Assembly: GCA_947085655.1 (NCBI GenBank)
Contig: CAMTXH010000019.1
Coordinates: forward strand, 3,827 to 67,826
Direction of reading: 5' to 3'
Length of the DNA: 64,000 bases
Source of the DNA: an uncultured Omnitrophica bacterium
Lineage (GTDB): Bacteria > Omnitrophota > Gorgyraeia > JACQQV01
Part shown: positions 42,926 to 51,600 of the stretch, one piece after another
How positions within the stretch are numbered: position 1 is the stretch's first letter
Layout: each line of letters begins with the position of its first letter
Made by a program: the position numbers and the translations under genes
The notes under the pieces: generated by a model
Database searches by the model: none
What the model saw: the letters and a program-made list of their open reading frames with translations, nothing else
Told to the model about the DNA's origin: nothing

Positions 42926-45900
42926 ATGTCCCGCAAGTTTTTCCTGTTCTTGGCTCTTCCGCTAATTGTCTCGTTAAGTTTCCCCGCTGTTGTTTATTCC
43001 AAGCCAACCACTCATTTAAAGACCCCCTCTGCCAGAGATGGCGGGGTGCACCAGGAACTCGCCTGGATTTTGGGGGCGGACGTTTCTCCTGCCCAGGCCT
43101 CTCAGTTGGCGGCCGGAGCGAAGGAACTGGTCAGTACTGCTTTTGACGAAAACCGTGCCTTTGTCACAGTTGGGGCAAGCGATAAGGAAATCGCAAAGCA
43201 GGTGGATGCCTATGCCAGGGCGTATCATGCGCGGACCGGTCGGCGGTTCAGCGTGGCTGGGACAGAGGTCTTTACCAATTTCGGCAATAATGTGAAAGAG
43301 ATAAGCGGAGAAATCGGAAAACTTGCCAGGAGCTGGCGGGAGCGGGCCGGAAAAGGGTTTGGCCGGGACAAACGCAACGAGGATGGGACACCCGATTACC
43401 ATGAAGTCAATATTAAAGATGCCCTTGCAGAAAGACTTGCAAGGGCTTCTTCTTTTATTCAGGAAACATTGGCAAGCGGGGAAGGAACCGTCTATGCCAA
43501 TACAGCAAAGCGTCTTTCAGAAGAGACGCGCATTGTTTTAGTCTTGGATGAAGAGGGAATCCCAACGCTTCTTTCCGTCTATGCCAATACAGCAAAGCGT
43601 CTTTCAGAAGAGACGCGCATTGTTTTAGTCTTGGATGAAGAGGGAATCCCAACGCTTCTTTCCAATGGTGTTGAAGGAACACCCGAACATCAGGCGCTCG
43701 TCTCCTATGCAGGACGTCACCGCTATGCCGGATGGAAGGGCGGAGATACCACGACGCCGAACCGTGCTCGTTCGATTTACTTGAGTCTGGTTCAGGTTGA
43801 GGAACTGATGAAGCGGGCCGATAAGGAAACACTGGGGTCTCTCCTTTACCATCACGACAGGGACCTTCAGAACGGAAAGCATGAAGATCCGTCACCGGCT
43901 GCGGCTGAGCGGGTGAACAGCGTCCTTCAGGAGATTTTCACCGCCTATCGTGAAAAATATCTGGCGAAAGTCGAAGCAGAACACAAGACAAAACTCCAAA
44001 GGGTGACCACAACGGTGGTCAGTCTGGATGTTGCGACCTGGCTTGGGGGCGCCACCCGGATTCCGGATGAGGTGGTTGCGTTTGCGGAGAACGAGCTTAA
44101 GAACGAAATGGCTGCTGGGACCATCACCGCCTTTGTCGTGAAAGCAAGGGGAAAGGACCTGGATATTCAGGCAAACCACCAAAAAGGTTCGGAAAGTCCA
44201 ATCATTCAAAAAATCCTCACTGACCTCATGGTTCGGACCCTTGTTCAAGCGGTTTCTCCATCCTCAGAGACAAGGGAGGAAGTGCACCAAACCGCTAGAT
44301 CGTACGTTAGTTACCGACCTGCCGAGATGACCTATACGGAACGGGGGGCAGAACCGATTTTGATTGCGAAGGCGATTGACGCAGGACCCGGCTTCTTCAA
44401 CAAAGCCCTTTGGAATATTTTCTCGCATCCTGATCTCCAGTCAACGACCACGATTGACGCTTTTGCCGCTCCAGGATTCCGCTATGTCCTTTCAAGCGTT
44501 GAAGACCTGAAGGCAGGAAAGAAAAATCCGAGAACCCTTGTCTTCACCACACCCAAAGACCGGGATCTATTGCAGTCCTTTGCTTCAAACCCAGACGCTT
44601 GGGTCATTACCGAGGTCTATACCACTGTCGATACTTTGACCGGCGGGAAGATTCCGACGGACGAACCGATCGCAACCGTGTCGTATCAGGTGGTTGAAAA
44701 TGCCAAGGGAGAAAAGTCGCTCCTTAATCCCAACGCGATTATCCGGATGCAGTCCGGTTCGCCTGCGGTGGGAGAAGCGACCAACGCCATCTTCAGACCG
44801 CAGATTTCAATCGGCGGGCCGAACGGAGAATATAACGTTGCCGTTTTTCCGGTGAGTGACGAAGAGGCGCGCACTGCAGCGTATCAGCCGGGGATGGCGA
44901 GAGTTGCGGCTTACGGCTATCAATCCTCCGAGGAAAAACCAGGGTCTCCGATCTTCGGCAGAATTCCTGAGGACCCGGTTACGAATAAGCAGATTGTCTA
45001 TGACCAGGTTCCAAGAAGTTCTGCGGCAAGACTGGTGCGTGAAAAATCGGCGCTTCTTGCCAAACTCATGAATGACCACGGGGAGTTCGACCCTTACGTG
45101 GTGGCAAGCGTTGCCGAAGCGCGTGCCGAGAAGGCCAAGGAAGCGAACTTAAGCCGCTTTGAAAAATTGCCTGGATTGGCCAAGGAGGATGATGTCATGG
45201 CCGCCTCCCGGAATCCACTCGAAGGACACTTTACCGTCTCACTCATCAAAATCGATACGGGTGGGGATATTGGTCACCAGGGGGTGCCGACGGAATACCG
45301 TGTCGTGACCGAGGCCTCTCTTGCCGCAGCCCGTGAAGCATCAAAAGGCCAACTCTTTTCCGACGCCCACTTTGGCTGGGCCGGAGACGACAATCAGATT
45401 AACATGGTTCACCGGCATGGCGTTGATAACGACACAATTCACAGCTTTGATATTCAGGTCTTCTGGCGGCAGGTTTGGGCAGCCACAGCGGCCGGCCACA
45501 AATGGTACGGCCGCGGCCAGGATTTGGTGGGCGAAGCCATTAAAAAAGGAGATGTCGAAATCCGCGCAGGACTCAATGATGAATTCATCGAAGCGCTCGG
45601 GAAACAACTCTCCGGGGAAAAATCGAAATATTTCGCAAAGGTCAAAGCCGCCTACGAGACCTGGAAGCAGAAAACAGGAGGACAGGAGGTCGGGAAGCCG
45701 TATTCGGGGAATGTCCAGGCGATGGGTCCCGGTCTTTCTGAACTCGTTGTCAAAGCGGGGCAGCAGGTCGGGAAACTCGCGATGGACAAAACCGGCCCCG
45801 GCGCTTTCAACATTCCTTTTTGGTGGGCAGCGAACCAGGCGCTCGAAAGGGGCGTCTACGACGATCTCATCTTTGAGATTTGGGACACCGAAAAACACGA

Positions 45901-47236
45901 AAGAATTTTTGTCAGTCTCAAAGAAGAAAGACCTTTGGCCAGACAACTCCTCGGTGCTGTAAACCGCTTTAACATTAAGCGGATCTGGACTAGAAAGCCC
46001 GGCCATAAATGGGTCCGTTCCAAGCCGAAAGAGTCGATCAGTGATCTGCCGATCGCTTCTCTTTCCACCGAGCGGCTTTCCATCATCTCCGGCGGGGAAT
46101 ATCTTGGGAAGGACGATCCGGTTGCGCTCGCCCATATTGAGTTCATGGACATTGTCTTTGAATTCATGCGGGATCACTTCTACATGAACCAGGGAGATGA
46201 ACGGGGATCGCACTACATGATGCCGCTTGCCGAAGCGCATGAGGATGCGGTGGCGACGCTCCGGAGCCGTGCGGTCCAAACCGCCGAGCGGTATGTCATT
46301 ACGAGTGACGGGAAATATGCCGGCAGAGAGGATGTTTACAAAGAACCGGCCTATGAGACAGCGCGGAGACGTCAGGTGGAATACAACGAACTCATCTGGG
46401 CGGTTCAGGGTTCTGAATGGCCGCCGGTCGGCGTCGGACCTGCACAGATTGAGGCCTCCTATCCTGCTGCACGGCTCATGGAGGAACTTGAAGCGGAGGA
46501 TTCGGAGTACCGGATCGAGCGGACGCTCACCTTGGCGGAAAGTCATGCCGCTTCCAAGTGGGCCGATCTTTTCCCTGCGATCGGCCGTTCCGTGAGCCCG
46601 AAAGTGGCACGGATGGCGGCAGATGGAGGAAATAAAGTCATTTTGATTAACGCTGAGACCTTCATCGAAGGACCGGATGGGCTTTTGGCGATCCAGAAGT
46701 ATTTCAGGGATCTTGGATTCGAGACTCCGGAAGAGGCCTTGAAGAGCCCGGTGAAGATTTACATCAATGTTCCGAAAGACGTCAAACCGAGCGAAGGAAA
46801 CGAGATCGTTGACCGGCTTCTCCGGACGGCCAAGGAGAAAACAGACGGTGCCGTGACACTCACCCGGGATTGGTTTGCGGGTGTTGTCTCGGGTACATCT
46901 GCAGATGATGTGCAAGGGAAAATTTTGAATGTGGAGGCTGGCATCGATGTTGTAATCGGGCCTACCGAATGGGCACATGGCCTCCAAAGAATTACAGGGC
47001 CGACTCTCGTGACGGTTGCTTTGGACCCTTCGCCTGATCAGGAAGCCCGTTCCGGCGCAGCGGCGTTTCTGATGGCGATTGAGGCGCTTGCCAATAATAA
47101 GGTCATCGATGAAGCTCTTGCACAGAAACTCTCTGTTCAGATTGATCAGGGCGCCTTGAGCATCATCGCAAGCCCGGTAAGCCCAAAGATTGAAACGGAT
47201 CTCACGGCCTACCGCGAAGCGATGCGCAAGGTGTAA
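42926..47236 (+). CDS. giant secreted protein A (1436 aa) with embedded fructose-1,6-bisphosphate aldolase/phosphatase-like domain
   Basis: ATG 42926 preceded by AAGGAGGA SD. Signal-peptide-like MSRKFFLFLALPLIVSLSFPAVVYS. Residues encoded at about 45227-46500 carry FBPA/P-family motifs in order (IDTGGDIGHQG, WAGDDNQINMVHRHG, GRGQDL, SGNVQAMGPG, DKTGPGAFNIP, GEYLGKDDP, ERGSHYMMP). Confidence 0.8.
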   Translation: MSRKFFLFLALPLIVSLSFPAVVYSKPTTHLKTPSARDGGVHQELAWILGADVSPAQASQLAAGAKELVSTAFDENRAFVTVGASDKEIAKQVDAYARAYHARTGRRFSVAGTEVFTNFGNNVKEISGEIGKLARSWRERAGKGFGRDKRNEDGTPDYHEVNIKDALAERLARASSFIQETLASGEGTVYANTAKRLSEETRIVLVLDEEGIPTLLSVYANTAKRLSEETRIVLVLDEEGIPTLLSNGVEGTPEHQALVSYAGRHRYAGWKGGDTTTPNRARSIYLSLVQVEELMKRADKETLGSLLYHHDRDLQNGKHEDPSPAAAERVNSVLQEIFTAYREKYLAKVEAEHKTKLQRVTTTVVSLDVATWLGGATRIPDEVVAFAENELKNEMAAGTITAFVVKARGKDLDIQANHQKGSESPIIQKILTDLMVRTLVQAVSPSSETREEVHQTARSYVSYRPAEMTYTERGAEPILIAKAIDAGPGFFNKALWNIFSHPDLQSTTTIDAFAAPGFRYVLSSVEDLKAGKKNPRTLVFTTPKDRDLLQSFASNPDAWVITEVYTTVDTLTGGKIPTDEPIATVSYQVVENAKGEKSLLNPNAIIRMQSGSPAVGEATNAIFRPQISIGGPNGEYNVAVFPVSDEEARTAAYQPGMARVAAYGYQSSEEKPGSPIFGRIPEDPVTNKQIVYDQVPRSSAARLVREKSALLAKLMNDHGEFDPYVVASVAEARAEKAKEANLSRFEKLPGLAKEDDVMAASRNPLEGHFTVSLIKIDTGGDIGHQGVPTEYRVVTEASLAAAREASKGQLFSDAHFGWAGDDNQINMVHRHGVDNDTIHSFDIQVFWRQVWAATAAGHKWYGRGQDLVGEAIKKGDVEIRAGLNDEFIEALGKQLSGEKSKYFAKVKAAYETWKQKTGGQEVGKPYSGNVQAMGPGLSELVVKAGQQVGKLAMDKTGPGAFNIPFWWAANQALERGVYDDLIFEIWDTEKHERIFVSLKEERPLARQLLGAVNRFNIKRIWTRKPGHKWVRSKPKESISDLPIASLSTERLSIISGGEYLGKDDPVALAHIEFMDIVFEFMRDHFYMNQGDERGSHYMMPLAEAHEDAVATLRSRAVQTAERYVITSDGKYAGREDVYKEPAYETARRRQVEYNELIWAVQGSEWPPVGVGPAQIEASYPAARLMEELEAEDSEYRIERTLTLAESHAASKWADLFPAIGRSVSPKVARMAADGGNKVILINAETFIEGPDGLLAIQKYFRDLGFETPEEALKSPVKIYINVPKDVKPSEGNEIVDRLLRTAKEKTDGAVTLTRDWFAGVVSGTSADDVQGKILNVEAGIDVVIGPTEWAHGLQRITGPTLVTVALDPSPDQEARSGAAAFLMAIEALANNKVIDEALAQKLSVQIDQGALSIIASPVSPKIETDLTAYREAMRKV
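43490..43663 (+). repeat. perfect 87-bp tandem duplication inside giant gene A
   Basis: Two identical 87-nt units (43490-43576 and 43577-43663) encoding VYANTAKRLSEETRIVLVLDEEGIPTLLS twice. Confidence 0.85.
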
Positions 47237-48210
47237 TGATTACGCAATACAGCACGCAGTACACCTCCATGGTGATCAAGATGAGGGGACGGTTTCCCTG
47301 GCCTGCCGACCAGGGCAGGCTAAACCGTCCCCTCGTTTCTTTAGTGGTTTCCCTTCCTTTAATAGGGACTCTTGTCTTCCCCCCTTCTATCTATGCCGAT
47401 ATCCCCGCTCAATTACGGGCGCCGATGACCTCCAGAGATGAAGGCGTAGCCCAAGCCATTGCAAGAGACCTCTCACTCCTTTCAGGAAATCGGGCGGTAC
47501 AGGATGGCGGCAACCGGACGGAGCAGGAGGGTGACTTAGCGTCGGAGGCACTGGATGCCGAAACCCTTGGGAAGATGGTGATACGTGCCATTCCGGAGGT
47601 TGTCCCGCCGTTATCATCCGACATTCTTCAAACAACATTCCAGGGAACGATTGCCGTCTACGAAGAATCGCTCGACAACCTCACCATTGCCACCATGGTG
47701 GAGCGGTTTGCGCGTCAATTAAACAGTGCACGCTCTAAAATCGGATTCGTTCTGGTTTCCACATCAGGGAAATCCGAATCTGAGATTGCCGCGAAAGTCT
47801 ATCGGGATTCGAAGGGTTTGGTCAATCTGAGCGGTACTTTCCGGGCAACACTTGTGGAGGGCGAAGTCAACGCATTGAATCCTTTGTCGGTTGTGGCGGC
47901 ATTGGAAGAAAAAAGACTCCCGCCTCTTGTGGAACTCGTCGCACCTTTGGAAATCGTGGTCGCTTACCGAAGACCTGGCATCGAACTGTATGGATGGCTC
48001 GTATCCCGTAACCCGCAGGAAGGGGAGGCGGGCATTGCGAACGGCGCACCGGCCCTTCGGGAACTGGTCGAGCTTTTGGGGTTGGGGGAGAAGGAACGGG
48101 CGAGTCTCCTTCGGGATGGAGGCCGATCGTTCATGGTTAACATTCAGCGCTATGAAGAAGATTTCGAAGCGTTCGATTTCTCCTATCGTGAAGGCCGCAA
48201 AAGCGATTAG
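47236..48210 (+). CDS. signal-peptide protein B (324 aa) consisting of the module shared with the C-terminus of giant C
   Basis: TAATG overlap with the A stop. Hydrophobic segment LVSLVVSLPLIGTLVF. Residues from about 95 to the end align with the last 230 aa of ORF C (for example FDFSYREGRKSD versus LDRSYRENRGL). Confidence 0.75.
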   Translation: MITQYSTQYTSMVIKMRGRFPWPADQGRLNRPLVSLVVSLPLIGTLVFPPSIYADIPAQLRAPMTSRDEGVAQAIARDLSLLSGNRAVQDGGNRTEQEGDLASEALDAETLGKMVIRAIPEVVPPLSSDILQTTFQGTIAVYEESLDNLTIATMVERFARQLNSARSKIGFVLVSTSGKSESEIAAKVYRDSKGLVNLSGTFRATLVEGEVNALNPLSVVAALEEKRLPPLVELVAPLEIVVAYRRPGIELYGWLVSRNPQEGEAGIANGAPALRELVELLGLGEKERASLLRDGGRSFMVNIQRYEEDFEAFDFSYREGRKSD

Positions 48211-48688
48211 CAGACGAATAAGTTGAAGCAAAAGTTAGATTTTGTCCCTTGACAATCAAGGGATTAAATGATATCCTTAATGTAAAGAAATTGAAATTTT
48301 TGTGTATACATCTTGTTTATTTGTAAAAGGTTGTAACTTAACTGGAAATAGCATCTTTCAAAATTTGGTCTTTCTTTACTCAAGGTTTGTTCACTAGATA
48401 AACGCAAACCATTCGTGAGGATGGGACTGCAAAGCCTTGGACCCTGCACTAATTTTCGGGGAAAATTAGTGCTGGCAGCCGGGTTGCCTAAAGGAACAGC
48501 GGCCCGGTTTTTTTATTCCCTCGGCCTGAATGGCCTCGGGATCAATTTAGTCAGCAGACTTACGTTCGCTTTGCTCCGTAAGTCTGGACTTCATTGTTCG
48601 GCGTGGGGGCTCCGGCTTCCTTCTTCCCAAGGCAAGAGGCGGAGCAATTACAGGAGCCCTCACGAACCGATCCGGAGGTGAAGAAAAG
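48211..48688 (+). promoter_or_regulatory. long structured 5' leader/intergenic region upstream of giant gene C
   Basis: AT-rich at 48280-48400. Hairpin TCCCTTG-ACAAT-CAAGGGA (48245-48263) overlapping a TTGACA-17-TATCCT promoter-like pair. Perfect 10-bp stem CAGACTTACG/CGTAAGTCTG (48554-48585). Stem plus T7 run at about 48475-48512 (terminator-like). Confidence 0.45.
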
Positions 48689-51600
48689 ATGAAGAAATCC
48701 GGTTTTTGGTTCAAACTTACTGCCTGTCTTATTCTTCAGATTTTTCTGTTCTTCACAGTCAGTCCCATCCCTGCCTCTGCCTTACCCACGCCAACCCAAT
48801 CCCATTTAAGGTCCATTTCAACCAGAAGCTCCGATGGAGGGGTTCGACTTCTTCAACAGGAACTTTTGCGGCCGGCGGGTGTTCCAGCGCCAGACGCTCT
48901 GCAGCCCATTGACGTTTACATCGCTGCAACTTTCGATCACGCCACAGGGCCAACCTCTTTCGAGGGGCGTGTCCGTCGTTTGGTTTCGGCGGTGGCTCAA
49001 GGTGAGTACGAAGGAGTTGATCCGCAAACGCTCGTTCCTCTTTTTCTGAAGGAGTTAACACCGGATCAAGCGGATCTTCATGAATCGATCGGGGGAGAAT
49101 GGGAGCGTCTAAACGGCACTTGTCAGACGTGCGGTGTGAATTCCTTTTATGAGTTACCTTCGACGGGCAGGGTGTCTTCCCAAGACCTCCGCAGAGTTCC
49201 GAGGGAAGTTTTGGGAAGTCTTGTTGCGGCTGTTCATATCGCCCAATCCGGGCGTCTTTCCTTCCACCCCCGAACAAACGAAATCCTCTATTCCGCTTTT
49301 GATCTTGGTTTGGTCTACGGGATGTCTGTTCACCAACTTCCAAAAGCAGAAAAAGCGTTACGAAGTTTGGTTCCAAATGCAGAGCGGGGACTGATTGTCC
49401 ATCTTGCCGCTCTTGATCCGGAGGGTCGGGGGGGTCATTTCGCGGCGGTTAAAACAATCGGGGAAAACGAAGTCATTGTCTTGGATAAAGGGAGAGAAAT
49501 CACCCTCCCGCTTCCGGAATTTCTCAGGCAATGGTCCGGGTATTTCCTCACTTATTCTCAAACCTCCTCAGCGAAGGTTGTCCCGCAGGAAGAGGCAAAG
49601 GAAGTCATGGGATGCTGCGGGACCTACGGCGAGATTATCTCTAAGGGGGCATACCATCAGCAGCCGGATGTGGATATTGCGCAGTTAAGCAGCATTGCGG
49701 CGCTTATCGAGCAGCACGGCCTTCAGGCACTTGTGAAAAACAATCAGGAAAGACTCTTTTTTGCGGGAGAGGAGGATGTCCAAATTGACGCTGTGGGGCG
49801 GTCGGGAAGTATTTCCTTCATTGAATATACCGGAAGGGATGAAGAACCTGTCCAACGTCATCCCCACACCCTGAATGCCGACGAAATCAAAAAGGTTAAA
49901 GGTTATGTCCACCTTCGTGAGAAAGCAGCCGCTCAACTCGAGGAAGTGCATCGGCTGAACGAACAAGTCGAGAAAGCGAAGTCAAAATATGGAAAGGGCA
50001 AAGACAGCAATCAGTCCTGGGAGGAGTGGCGGAAAAACCGCCATCACGGTTGGAAGGAGTGGCAGAGAGGGGCCGGGGAAGCAAAAGAGGCCAAAAAGAA
50101 ATACCAGCAATATCGGAATGATTATTTGGAGGAGAGGGAAAAGGTATTGGGTCAATTTATCGCGAACATTTACCCTGGGCAGCGGACCCGGTTTCAAAAT
50201 TATCTTCTGGAGTCGTATTTAGGCGGCCGAGAACAAATACAGAAATTTTTCAGCCAATTTTACCATTTGAAGCGTATTGTAAATCTTGAATTCATCTTCA
50301 ACAATCCGTCCGTTCGCGCGGAAATCCGCTCTTTGGCGGACCGGCTCCGTGTCTTGATCGCGGAAGAAGAGAGGTTATACAAGAAGTTTGTCGAGGACGG
50401 GTTATTACACCAACAGGATCTGGAGGCTTACAAAGGACGGATGGCACTCCTCAAAGATATGGAATGGTTCCTCACTGAAGATGTCCTCCGGCACATCGAT
50501 GAGATCATGAGTTTGGGGGGCATCGAAGAACGTGATTTACCGGTCTCTTCGCACGCGTTTCAGGCCCTTCGTGCAGTGAATACGGCCCTTGTGGCGATTG
50601 ACAAGCGACTTGAAACACGGGGGCGGGATTCGCTGGGCGTTGCCATTTCTCTTAGCGTGCCTGATGTGAAAACTTACCATCGGCTGAGAGACGCCCTTCA
50701 TAATAACGGATTTCGGTCAGAGTATGAGAGACGGCGGGAACGGGGAACAATGAATTTGGACAATCTCGCAATCCGCATGCAACACAGCCATAAGCCCAAT
50801 GGGGACATCGATGCAGACAGACCAGTCACCATCACTTTTGTTTACAAGGTAGCCGAAGCGGTGGGGAAACTGGGGGACAATGCAAGGGCAATCCGGAAGT
50901 CTATTACCGAGGATGAAGTGTTTAAGCGGGTGATCCGGGCAGATCTTGAAAACATTGTGGTCACGGCCCAATCCCGTTGGGCCTCTGCCGGAGGAATCAA
51001 CATTCCGAATGCCCATCCTGTGGACAACCGGGGGATTTATCTCATCGATGGCAGACAAAGAGAACAGATATGGGAACTTTCGGCAGATCAAATCCCAAAG
51101 TATGGTAGAAATGGAACCCTTTTTGTGGTTCTAAACGGCGATATTGATAATTATAACAGCGAGCGGGAAGGAAAACCGAATCTCACAAAGGTCTATGAGG
51201 AAGACCAGCTCAATACCGTACCCCGTCATATTCATCCGGAGGCCAGTTCAGACACCAAAAGGATTCCGCTTCGGATCGAACATTATTTGGCGCGCGGCCA
51301 TGACCTGAAAGAAGCATTCCGCCTTGCGGTGAACGATTTCGGCGGCTCTTTTGCGATCCAGATGCAGAGTGACCTGGAGCCGGGAAAAATTTTTCTTGCG
51401 CAGCACGGAGAAGGGCAAGCGCTTTATGTCGGAATTTCGGAAGATGGGTTTCATTCCTCTTCCGAACAATACGGGTTTGTTGAGTCGACTCAGCGTTACG
51501 TCGAGATGCAGGCAGGGCAAATCATCATTTTGGACCAGGCAAGGAAACCGGGTGTTGAGCAAATCGAGGCGTATGACTTTGATGGAACGCCGATTAAATT

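Noticed and set aside
45341-46987. 548-aa minus-strand ORF inside giant gene A
   Set aside because: The plus strand here encodes the FBPA/P-like domain with ordered family motifs, and the plus-strand ORF is continuous for 4.3 kb with SD and promoter. The minus ORF has no recognisable features.
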